From positions 6,703 through 70,702 of the forward strand of contig CAZVDP010000015.1 of NCBI GenBank assembly GCA_964625945.1: 64,000 nt of DNA, read 5' to 3'. The notes beneath the pieces are model-generated. The model was given only the letters and a program-made list of their open reading frames with translations. It was not told the origin of the DNA and made no database searches. Shown piece after piece: positions 1 to 8,114 of the stretch. Origin of the DNA: an uncultured Dehalococcoidia bacterium. Its GTDB lineage: Bacteria > Chloroflexota > Dehalococcoidia > Lucifugimonadales > UBA1127. The first letter of the stretch is position 1; the number at the start of each line of letters is the position of its first letter. A program made the position numbers and the translations under genes.

Positions 1-242
1 CAATACAAACTTTCAAATGGTTGATCCTCGCCGGAATTCTTACCGTCCCCTTCGGCCGGTTCTTGAACTTCTCCAGCGTCCAGCGTCTCGGGATAAGCCG
101 TGCTCTGCCCATCATTGGAATAGCACCCTTGTTTGCCGCATCCTTCGCAGTGCTGTTCCTAGGCGAACACGTAACGATTCCGTTACTTGCAGGAACAATC
201 TCAATTATCAGTGGCGTAGCTCTGATCGTGAGTTCAAAATGA
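1..242 (+). CDS. EamA/DMT-family transporter, 3' end (partial, runs off the window start)
   Basis: Open frame to TGA at 240-242. Hydrophobic C-terminus (LGISRALPIIGIAPLFAASFAVLFLGE...ISGVALIV) is typical of the end of an EamA domain. Its stop overlaps the next start (ATGA). Confidence 0.6.
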   Translation, partial: IQTFKWLILAGILTVPFGRFLNFSSVQRLGISRALPIIGIAPLFAASFAVLFLGEHVTIPLLAGTISIISGVALIVSSK

Positions 243-694
243 AACTACCTGCGCGAAGGACACTCATTATCGGATACCTGTGCGCTATCGGAGCTGCCAT
301 GGGGTACGGTGGAAGCCAGGTTGTAGCCAAGCAGGTAATTACAGAGACAGAACCGCTGGTCGGTTCAGCATTCACGCTATTGTTCGGCTTAATAATCTTG
401 GGTGCTTTGACAGCCCGCGATGTAAAGCAACAAAAACCGGCTCCCAAAATCGCTTATATCCGGGCAATCCTCGCGGGCTTAGCTTCAGCAGGCGGCGTGA
501 CGTTCTTGTACCTAGCGCTGAGTCACGCCCCGGTGGTTAACATCGCACCCGTCACCGCTATAAATCCACTATTCAGCATTGCTTTAGCTCAAATTTTTCT
601 GCGCAATATCGAACGTCTCACCCCCAGAATCCTCGCCGGAGCGCTTCTCGCAATTGCGGGGGTGATTGTCATATCGATTTCGACAGCTGCATGA
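239..694 (+). CDS. Single-EamA-domain (half-size DMT) membrane protein
   Basis: ATG at 239 overlaps the upstream stop. The 151-aa product has about 5 hydrophobic segments and an EamA-like sequence. The longer 17..694 ORF is a spurious N-terminal extension over the upstream gene. Confidence 0.65.
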   Translation: MKLPARRTLIIGYLCAIGAAMGYGGSQVVAKQVITETEPLVGSAFTLLFGLIILGALTARDVKQQKPAPKIAYIRAILAGLASAGGVTFLYLALSHAPVVNIAPVTAINPLFSIALAQIFLRNIERLTPRILAGALLAIAGVIVISISTAA

Positions 695-795
695 TCGGTA
701 TGAACAATTAACATACGAACGCAACATCATGACGACATTCCTCCAAAATACTGCGCACAACAAGAGACTACTCTATAATTAACCATACACCGAAC

Positions 796-1728
796 ATGGA
801 GCGTGCCATGGCTAGGCGAAGACGATCAATCGGCCGAGACCGGGGACTCCAGTTCCGCATGTATTTCGTAATGTTTAACCTAATCATCGTCTACCTATTC
901 TTCTTTGCTGCAATGACACTCATCGGGATCGATCTAACTTTTATTGTGATCCTCGCGTTGATACTGCTTGGCACGCAATACTTCTTCTCCGATAAACTCG
1001 TCCTCCGTTCTGTAGGCGCACGCATCGTGAGCCCCGATGAGGCACCAGAGCTACATTCAACGATAGACCGCTTGGTGGCCAAGGCTGGTATGCCAAAACC
1101 CAAGATAGCCATATCAAAGAGTGATATCCCCAACGCCTTCGCTACCGGTCGAAATCCACAGAACTCTGTAGTGTGCGTAACAGAAGGAATTATGCGCAGG
1201 CTGAACGACGATGAACTTGAGGGTGTGCTTGGGCATGAATTAACCCATATCAAAAACCGCGATGTGACAGTAATCACGTTCGCTAGTTTCTTCGCAACCT
1301 TGGCCTCCATGCTCTCAGGCATGCTCATGTGGATGATGCTTCTAGGAGGACTGACCGGTAGCAGAAGTCGTAACGGAGGTGGTTTAGCGATGGGCTTCAT
1401 GGCAGCCTACGTAATCTCGCTCATCGTCTATTTCGTTGCGAACCTACTCATCTTGGCGCTCTCTCGTTATCGAGAATATTCCGCAGATCGAGGCGGGGCG
1501 ATCCTCACCGGACAACCTTCACACCTAGCTTCAGGGCTTATGAAGATTACGGGATCCATTTCCCGAATTCCGACCCAAGATCTCCGGAAAATGGAAACAG
1601 CCAATGCCTTTTGCATCGTCTCGGCACTCCGGGGAGAATCATTAGCGGGATTATTCGCTTCTCATCCGCCAGTTGACAAAAGAGTTTCTCGCCTACGAGA
1701 TCTGTCTCGCGAGCTGGATCGCCGCTAG
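796..1728 (+). CDS. htpX: Zinc metalloprotease HtpX (peptidase M48)
   Basis: HELTH zincin motif (GHELTHIKNRD), N-terminal TM segments, and C-terminal SHPPVDKR typical of HtpX. Confidence 0.9.
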   Translation: MERAMARRRRSIGRDRGLQFRMYFVMFNLIIVYLFFFAAMTLIGIDLTFIVILALILLGTQYFFSDKLVLRSVGARIVSPDEAPELHSTIDRLVAKAGMPKPKIAISKSDIPNAFATGRNPQNSVVCVTEGIMRRLNDDELEGVLGHELTHIKNRDVTVITFASFFATLASMLSGMLMWMMLLGGLTGSRSRNGGGLAMGFMAAYVISLIVYFVANLLILALSRYREYSADRGGAILTGQPSHLASGLMKITGSISRIPTQDLRKMETANAFCIVSALRGESLAGLFASHPPVDKRVSRLRDLSRELDRR

Positions 1729-2303
1729 TGGGGCTATTCGGCAAAAAGACCGACCGAGATCAACCCCAAACCGAATCGCTAAGCACGATTTTCGCCATAG
1801 TGAACGCCACACGAGACCTATTTAAACGACTCCAGATGCAGCCAACCGGCGTCTCTGCCTGCTGTTTTCGACAACCACTCACATCCTTACCTTCCGAAAT
1901 TGGAGCAGAACTGCTGAGTTTGCTTGCCGTCAGCCAAGAATCATCGGGAACGAAATATCACGTCCTAGAAGACGATTTTGGGTTTGGTTGGGTAATTGTA
2001 CAAGACTCCGACTTTAAGGCTCTGGTAGAAGTGCTATACCTTACCGCCTTAACGTTCGTGGAAAACAATCTCTCTGACCGACTCCTCGTCGCTATATTTC
2101 CGTTCACATATAACGACACTGAGGTTCAGTGGATTTACAGCTTTACGCGAAATCGATTCTACCCGTTCATCCCCGTGAACGACAAAGATCGTGACAGCAT
2201 TCTCGAGTTCGAACTATCGTCTACAGTGGAAGGACTCCTTCCGATCGAAGAGGAACTGGAACATTGGTACGGTATATGGGGCGCCCCATTGTCAGGTATC
2301 TGA
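1728..2303 (+). CDS. Hypothetical protein, translationally coupled to htpX
   Basis: GTG start shares 1 nt with the htpX TAG stop. 191 aa with no motif I recognise. Confidence 0.5.
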   Translation: MGLFGKKTDRDQPQTESLSTIFAIVNATRDLFKRLQMQPTGVSACCFRQPLTSLPSEIGAELLSLLAVSQESSGTKYHVLEDDFGFGWVIVQDSDFKALVEVLYLTALTFVENNLSDRLLVAIFPFTYNDTEVQWIYSFTRNRFYPFIPVNDKDRDSILEFELSSTVEGLLPIEEELEHWYGIWGAPLSGI

Positions 2304-2340
2304 AGTCAACAAACCTTGCATCTGTTCTGAGTCAAATGTG

Positions 2341-2369
2341 TTGCTTTGACCTTGCTGACCCAATATAGT
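2341..2369 (+). promoter_or_regulatory. Candidate sigma70-type promoter for ccmE
   Basis: TTGCTT (2341-2346), 17-nt spacer, TATAGT (2364-2369), about 40 nt upstream of the ccmE start. Confidence 0.3.
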
Positions 2370-2410
2370 AATCAGAGTCCCGCTCAACAGAAAAAGACAC
2401 GAGGAGACAC

Positions 2411-2851
2411 TTGGAGACGGACAGCCCCACTTTTCTGGAGAGATTAAAGGCACATGGCCGATTAGTTGCAGGAGCGATTCTACTCGTCGGAGCTATGGCT
2501 TACTTCACTTCGATAGCATTTCAGGAATCAACGGTTTACTACTTCACGGTCGACGAGGTGCTTGCTCAAGGGCCAAGTGAAGCCGAGAAATCCGTTCGGA
2601 TAAACGGAGTACTCCTGCCAGGGAGCTTTGCTCGAGACGGCGGAAGTTCTCAAGCTTCATTCGTCCTTACAGACCCGTCTGGCCCCGGCACAATAAAGAC
2701 GGTATATGATGGTATCGTTCCTGACTTGTTCTTCAACGAACACTCTCAGGTTGTTGCCGAAGGACGATATCACACCGACGGCCACTTCCACGCTGACTTA
2801 CTCATTGTAAAATGTCCATCGAAATACGCCTCGGAGAAAAAGCCAGCGTAA
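2411..2851 (+). CDS. ccmE: Cytochrome c maturation heme chaperone CcmE, Cys-variant (CxxxY)
   Basis: TTG start preceded by GAGGAG. It has an N-terminal TM anchor and CcmE-like core (VRINGVL...GIVPDLFFNEHSQVVAEGRY). The C-terminal LIVKCPSKY aligns to the canonical LAKHDENY heme-binding site. Confidence 0.8.
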   Translation: METDSPTFLERLKAHGRLVAGAILLVGAMAYFTSIAFQESTVYYFTVDEVLAQGPSEAEKSVRINGVLLPGSFARDGGSSQASFVLTDPSGPGTIKTVYDGIVPDLFFNEHSQVVAEGRYHTDGHFHADLLIVKCPSKYASEKKPA

Positions 2852-2876
2852 CCAACTTCACACGCTTTCTAAACGT

Positions 2877-4406
2877 TTATCCTGAAGACGTAATCTGATC
2901 CAATTCCCGTAATTGCTTTAGGAGCCAGTCCAGAACATCTTCGTTCTTTACTTTCTCTATAATCATGGCATTACGATCGGCTCTATCCTGCGCACCCATA
3001 GTGACGGCTTGATACAATGCCTCAGCACCCCCATGGAGGTCGGTGGGAGCAACCACTAATGCGCCGTCACGGAGCTGACTATAAGCACCTGTTCCCTCTG
3101 ATAGAATTAGCACACCATTCCGTGAGTTAACCACCGGTCCTTCTTTGGCCACCAGATTCATGCCATCTGCCACAGAATTTACAAGAAGAGTGTCATATAA
3201 ACGCATTCCTGCAAGCGCTTGTGCGTAATTGTTCTCATAAAAAATTTGTATGGGAGTCCAAGTTGATGTCCCATAGGTGGTATTTATGTTCTTGACTAAA
3301 TTATCAATCTCTTCACGATAGCGCTCATACTGTTTGATATGTGTTCTAGCGGGCACCAGGAATGCAAAGAAGTTGACCTGCTCTCGAAATTCCGGATATC
3401 GTTCGAGAAATATCTGATACGATCGAAAGCCACGTACGATATTCTTGCTCGGTTCCGCTCGATCCACACGAACAATCGTGTGTTTATCGTACATTGGAGC
3501 GAGCGCCTGTTCATATTCTGCTACTCTAGGCGAAGAGGCAATTTTCCTGACTTCGTCAATATCTATAGAAGTCGGATAGGTCCGAACCTTAGTACAATGC
3601 GCCTTCCAGTCAACCGTTCCTGAAGAAACATCAACAGTCGCTTGATCAATGAATTGGCTACAGCCGTGCAGGAAATTTCGGGCATCTTCTTCCGTTTGAA
3701 ATCCGATCAAATCAGCTGTGCAAAGACTCTCGAAGATTTCTAACCTGATTGACCGCGGTAGGAGCCGCCAGAAGTGAACTGAAGGCCAAGGGATATGGAT
3801 AAAATGATAGATGCTTGCTGCAGGAACCTGTTCTCGTACCATCCCAGGAACCAGATAAAGATGGTAATCATGAAGCATCACTAGTGGCGCCGCAGCGGAC
3901 TTCTGAGATTCTAAAGCGATCGCGTCTGCAAAAGCTTGATTTACGACTCGATAGCCCGTCTCCCAAGCATCGTATGCTACGCCATCCACGTTAGGGGTAT
4001 ATGGTGGACTCCACATATAGTGCTGCAAAAACCACAGCAACGGATTACAGAAAATATTGTAAAACTTATGATAAACACGTCTAGCGGTAGTCACATAGCG
4101 TACAGACACTCGTTGCATCGGTAGCGGGGACTGGATAGCTTCACCTAGGTTGTCTCGGAGAGCTCGCCTATCTCCCTCCCCAAGTGCATTGGCTACCCAA
4201 GTAAAGTTATAACGCTGGATAAGGCGACTCAAAGCGGTGACCACTGCCCCACTCCCTGGCCTTGGCTGTAATCGCCCTTCAGGGGTCACGCGGAACTCCA
4301 AGGGGCCTCGGTTACTACCAACAATCAACGGACGACGCTGGAGAAGGTCATCACAAAGCTCTTCTAGCTCGTTGATCCGAGGATCTGGGCCTGATACCTG
4401 TTCCAT
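2877..4406 (-). CDS. GT20-family glycosyltransferase (trehalose-6-phosphate synthase-like)
   Basis: 509 aa with OtsA-like blocks: VGSNRGP, NPLLWFLQHY, LHDYHLYLVP, FIHIPWPS, DLIGFQT and NSVADGMNLVAKE. Confidence 0.8.
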   Translation of the reverse strand: MEQVSGPDPRINELEELCDDLLQRRPLIVGSNRGPLEFRVTPEGRLQPRPGSGAVVTALSRLIQRYNFTWVANALGEGDRRALRDNLGEAIQSPLPMQRVSVRYVTTARRVYHKFYNIFCNPLLWFLQHYMWSPPYTPNVDGVAYDAWETGYRVVNQAFADAIALESQKSAAAPLVMLHDYHLYLVPGMVREQVPAASIYHFIHIPWPSVHFWRLLPRSIRLEIFESLCTADLIGFQTEEDARNFLHGCSQFIDQATVDVSSGTVDWKAHCTKVRTYPTSIDIDEVRKIASSPRVAEYEQALAPMYDKHTIVRVDRAEPSKNIVRGFRSYQIFLERYPEFREQVNFFAFLVPARTHIKQYERYREEIDNLVKNINTTYGTSTWTPIQIFYENNYAQALAGMRLYDTLLVNSVADGMNLVAKEGPVVNSRNGVLILSEGTGAYSQLRDGALVVAPTDLHGGAEALYQAVTMGAQDRADRNAMIIEKVKNEDVLDWLLKQLRELDQITSSG

Positions 4407-4614
4407 GGTGGAGCCTTTTATAATGGAGCCCGTGTACGGGGCTCAAAATTTTTCGGGGATTAACCCGATTATGCTATTCCCGATATCCACTCAAAAAGAG
4501 TGCGCTGCATTATACACTACGATCAACGATTGTGGGTACACTCCGACTTTCTCGTGTGGCCCACGCATACGAATCTCTGTAATCTCGACGGTCCATCATG
4601 TATGATCTCGGGAT

Positions 4615-5571
4615 TCATACAAGTCGCATGTCTGAGAGGAGGTCAAATGCCGCCTTCAGGGGATCTTGTTCTCCCTGTTCGACTCCTGTAAGCACACCCG
4701 AAAGTCCTGCCCCTGATGTCACACGACTTTCAACATACGTCATTAATCCATCATACGTTGCCTCGAGGAATTCTTTGCGTCGTTGTTCTTGCCGTCGATC
4801 AAATAAGCGGGAAGATTTACGCTGCCCTTGATAATGCTGCATGATAGCCTCCGACACTAAAGCCATCCCTTCACCATTGTGCGCAGAGGCAAGGATGACT
4901 TGAGGCCTATCCTCACGATTGGGATTGTTCCCGAGATCCAGCATCAACTCAAGTTCAGCAGCCACTGCTTCTGCTCCAGGCTGATCAGATTTGTTCACAA
5001 CGAAAATATCCGCTATCTCTAGGAGTCCCGCTTTCAGCATTTGAATCGCATCTCCGCCACCGGGCACTAAGACTACAACGACTGTATCCACAGCATCCAT
5101 GATCGCCAATTCAGTTTGGCCCACTCCTGCTGTCTCAATCAGAATCGGGTCTAACCCAGCTACGTCCATAGCTCGTTTAGCGCTTTTTACGACGCGAGGA
5201 ATACCGCCCAAGTCCCCTCTGGTAGCCAAACTTCGAATAAACACATTCGAATCTGTCGCATGTTCATTCATCCGGATTCGATCGCCCAGCACTGCTCCAC
5301 CTGAGATCGGGCTTGTTGGATCAACGGCTAAAACGCCGACCCGTCTATTAGATTCTCGATAAATAGAGGTCAAGCGTGCTATCAAGGTGCTTTTCCCTCC
5401 ACCAGGGGTCCCGGTGAACCCAACAACATGGGCACCACGTAAATGGGAGTGTAGGGCTGCACGTATCGATGGGATTTCAGAACTAGATTGCTCAAATCGA
5501 GAAATTAGGCGCGCGAGGGCGCTCTTGTCACCTGCGAGCAGCTTTTTTACCATTTCTTCAGGCGAAGGCAT
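4615..5571 (-). CDS. meaB: Methylmalonyl-CoA mutase-associated G-protein chaperone MeaB/ArgK
   Basis: Has GTPGGGKST P-loop, ETAGVGQ and NKSD motifs. I prefer the start at MPSPEEMVKKLLAGD; the ORF can extend to 5643 but those extra 24 aa look spurious. Confidence 0.85.
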   Translation of the reverse strand: MPSPEEMVKKLLAGDKSALARLISRFEQSSSEIPSIRAALHSHLRGAHVVGFTGTPGGGKSTLIARLTSIYRESNRRVGVLAVDPTSPISGGAVLGDRIRMNEHATDSNVFIRSLATRGDLGGIPRVVKSAKRAMDVAGLDPILIETAGVGQTELAIMDAVDTVVVVLVPGGGDAIQMLKAGLLEIADIFVVNKSDQPGAEAVAAELELMLDLGNNPNREDRPQVILASAHNGEGMALVSEAIMQHYQGQRKSSRLFDRRQEQRRKEFLEATYDGLMTYVESRVTSGAGLSGVLTGVEQGEQDPLKAAFDLLSDMRLV

Positions 5572-5701
5572 CTCTAGGTCATAACCCAAAAGTGTGAGAA
5601 GCAATACTACGCGGACCAATGAACGCCAAGGGGTGAAGTGCAATCACGAATCGAAAATGAATATTCAAATCATGACATCGCCCGTGTTACTGGGCTACAT
5701 A

Positions 5702-5794
5702 TCAGGCAATCAGCCGGACAATCACAATCAGAACGGCTAGAATAACGAACCCGGATATCAGGGTGCCGGAAATACTATCAAGCGGATTCTTCAT
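5702..5794 (-). CDS. Candidate 30-aa hydrophobic micro-protein
   Basis: ATG preceded by AAAGGATGG. The product MKNPLDSISGTLISGFVILAVLIVIVRLIA is a single TM helix. It lies between the PuuD-like gene and meaB and is not in the ORF track (<60 aa). Confidence 0.3.
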   Translation of the reverse strand: MKNPLDSISGTLISGFVILAVLIVIVRLIA

Positions 5795-5828
5795 AAGACC
5801 ATCCTTTAATCACCTGCGGGATGCCTAC

Positions 5829-6371
5829 CTAGGACCACAACCTCGGAAGATGTATAGCACCTGCCATGAAGAACAACATCGGGATCGAAAGCATCGTATT
5901 CGTGCGGGATGCAAGGAGTGCCGCACGGGCCCATTTGGGCTGATCAGCAGGTGCTGGCGTACCGTCAGTAGCCGTGGCCGTGGTCGCCGCAATAATCTTC
6001 TTCTGGTTTGGCCAAATAATAAACCAGACATTGGCGGCCATAATGATACCCAAAGTGCCACCAATCAGAATCGACTTAAATCGGTGAGATTCTAGGTAGG
6101 TACTCCCTCCGCCCAACTCTGGGTCTCCGGTCGCCATCACGATGACATACAAAAGCCCAAACACTACAGTCCCTAAGGCTGCCCACCTGAACCAGAGAAG
6201 CGCTTTGGGAACAAGGAATTGAATCGCGTTGCTACGCGCACCGGGGTCCATCTTGGCAAATGCCGGCACCTGGACGAAGTTAAAGTAATACAGTAATCCT
6301 ATCCAAGTTACACCAGCGAAAATATGGCCGACCCGTAACAGGTAGAGTAGCACCTCTTGTCCTGCCGACAT
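5829..6371 (-). CDS. Integral membrane protein resembling the N-terminal membrane domain of urate hydroxylase PuuD
   Basis: ATG at 6371 with GGAGG 6 nt upstream. The motif LLRVGHIFAGVTWIGLLYYFNF recalls the PuuD-type membrane domain. About 4-5 TM segments and no cytochrome c domain. Confidence 0.5.
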   Translation of the reverse strand: MSAGQEVLLYLLRVGHIFAGVTWIGLLYYFNFVQVPAFAKMDPGARSNAIQFLVPKALLWFRWAALGTVVFGLLYVIVMATGDPELGGGSTYLESHRFKSILIGGTLGIIMAANVWFIIWPNQKKIIAATTATATDGTPAPADQPKWARAALLASRTNTMLSIPMLFFMAGAIHLPRLWS

Positions 6372-6461
6372 CGCGCCCTCCAATACGTTCAGACTTTAAC
6401 GGCTTACCGTTGCGATGAGTGTCTCAGGGGAAAATCATTTTGTCAAGTCTGGAGTCATACT

Positions 6462-6863
6462 TCATGATGGCTTCTCAACAACGTTGATTACTCCAAGCAT
6501 TCCCATCGACTCATGTCCGGGAATGGTGCAGATCAATCGGAATTGCCCCGGGGTGTCGAACACGGTACTTTGTTGTACCGTTTCATCTTTAGGCACGTGC
6601 CATTCGATGCCCAAATCTTGGATGGTGAAATTGTGAATAATATCTATAGAGCGCAGATTAAACTGCACCATATCCCCTACTCTAACCTCAAACCGACGGG
6701 GAGCAAATGAATAATTCCGAAGTGTGACGTCCACATTCAGCGCCTCTCCGGGAGGAGTGTCCGCTGACCGATAAACAGGCACGTCTCCACTTCCGCCACA
6801 CCCAACCAACAGAGTCAAGATAAGCGCCATTCCCAAAACAGTTCTCAACCTACGCACAAGCAT
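6462..6863 (-). CDS. Cupredoxin (type-1 blue copper) lipoprotein
   Basis: Lipobox LLVGC. Type-1 Cu ligands are H (IIHNF) and C-x3-H-x3/4-M (CTIPGHESMGM). 133 aa. Confidence 0.75.
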   Translation of the reverse strand: MLVRRLRTVLGMALILTLLVGCGGSGDVPVYRSADTPPGEALNVDVTLRNYSFAPRRFEVRVGDMVQFNLRSIDIIHNFTIQDLGIEWHVPKDETVQQSTVFDTPGQFRLICTIPGHESMGMLGVINVVEKPS

Positions 6864-7158
6864 CCCTCAACACAATCTTAGAACTAAGCATGTACCGCGT
6901 GAATCTATCGTACCACCCGTACAAAGCACAACCCATTCCATCTCTCTATAGATAGTAGGAATCACGTGTGAGCCTCATCTCAGAACTTATACAGTCGAAT
7001 CGGAAAGTTTCACCCTATCCGCATTCTAGCGGAAATTGATCTCTCGACCGCATCAAGCTAAACAAAAGATATCCGTTTAGATCAGGTGCACCACGCGATT
7101 CATGCCTCGATCACTTTGACTAGACCACCTATTTTTTGGGAGATCGTAAGCTTACGCA

Positions 7159-7167
7159 TGGTATACT
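7159..7167 (+). promoter_or_regulatory. Extended -10 element (TGgTATACT) upstream of argF
   Basis: The -10 ends 12 nt before the argF ATG, implying a very short or leaderless mRNA. Confidence 0.25.
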
Positions 7168-7179
7168 GCTTCACTAGAT

Positions 7180-8106
7180 ATGGGTATACATCTAAAGACA
7201 AAACATCTTCTTTCCATGACGGATCTCTCGACAGAAGAGACATTGAGTCTTCTCTCTCGTGCATCTGCGCTTAAACACGGCAGTCAAGCGACTGGAATGA
7301 CCGGAAAGACGCTAGCCATCCTTTTCGAAAAACCTTCCTTGCGAACCCGTGTAGGACTGGAAGTTGCGATGTTCCAAATGGGAGGCTATGCAACAACTCT
7401 GGGTCAGGCCGAAATTGGTCTCGGGGTTCGGGAGACAATCGAAGACGTCGCCCGCGTTCTTTCAAGATGGATAGACGGTATCGCCTGTAGAACTACCTCC
7501 CACAGTGATTTAGAGGAGCTCGCAACGAAGTCTTCAGTGCCCGTTATCAACGCGTTAACAGATGTAGAACATCCAACGCAAGGACTGGCTGACCTGTTGA
7601 CGATCCAAGAGATTCATGGCGACATCGCAAATGTTTGTATAACTTTCATCGGGGACGGAGATAATGTCGCAGCAAGTCTCGCTCTCGGTGCAACGGCAAT
7701 AGGAGCAGAGGTACGGATTTGCTCCCCCGAAGGGTACGATCTACCAAGCCAGATTATTAGTAAGGCCCAAACACTTGCAACTAATTCAGGCGGTTCCTTT
7801 GATCTGGTACGCGACCCAGAAAAAGCGGTTCTCCAGGCCCACGTCGTGTACACCGATGTATGGACAAGTATGGGACTAGAAGCCGAAGCTGACATGAGAC
7901 GTAAAGTCTTCTCGAGATACCAAGTGAATCCAGCGCTAATGAGCCTGGCACACCCGAAAGCAATCTTCATGCACAACATGCCAGTCCATTATGGAGAAGA
8001 AGTTCCAGAGGGATTCTTAGACAACCAGTACTCTGTCGCCTACGATCAGGCTGAGAACCGCTTGCATACATTAAAGGCGGTATTGGAATCCCTTATCGGT
8101 GACTAG
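7180..8106 (+). CDS. argF: Ornithine carbamoyltransferase
   Basis: Has SLRTR (STRTR-like), HPTQ and DVWTSMG (the DxxxSMG ornithine motif). The HCLP motif is replaced by HNMP. Confidence 0.85.
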   Translation: MGIHLKTKHLLSMTDLSTEETLSLLSRASALKHGSQATGMTGKTLAILFEKPSLRTRVGLEVAMFQMGGYATTLGQAEIGLGVRETIEDVARVLSRWIDGIACRTTSHSDLEELATKSSVPVINALTDVEHPTQGLADLLTIQEIHGDIANVCITFIGDGDNVAASLALGATAIGAEVRICSPEGYDLPSQIISKAQTLATNSGGSFDLVRDPEKAVLQAHVVYTDVWTSMGLEAEADMRRKVFSRYQVNPALMSLAHPKAIFMHNMPVHYGEEVPEGFLDNQYSVAYDQAENRLHTLKAVLESLIGD

Positions 8107-8114
8107 CTCAAGAA

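Noticed and set aside
17-238. N-terminal 74 codons of the 17..694 ORF
   Set aside because: This stretch overlaps the 3' end of the upstream EamA gene in another frame and is Arg/Ser-rich rather than membrane-like. The real start is the ATG at 239, which overlaps the upstream stop.
5572-5643. 24-codon N-terminal extension of MeaB (MHFTPWRSLVRVVLLLTLLGYDLE)
   Set aside because: It is hydrophobic and unlike the MeaB N-termini I know. Homology to MeaB begins at the internal Met (MPSPEEMVKKLLAGD). The coordinates remain uncertain because neither start has a clear SD.
6384-6464. Selenocysteine read-through joining the cupredoxin gene (stop TGA at 6462-6464) to the same-frame PuuD-like gene
   Set aside because: The in-frame continuation hits another TGA after 8 codons and then a TAA. 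The downstream gene also has its own GGAGG-ATG start.
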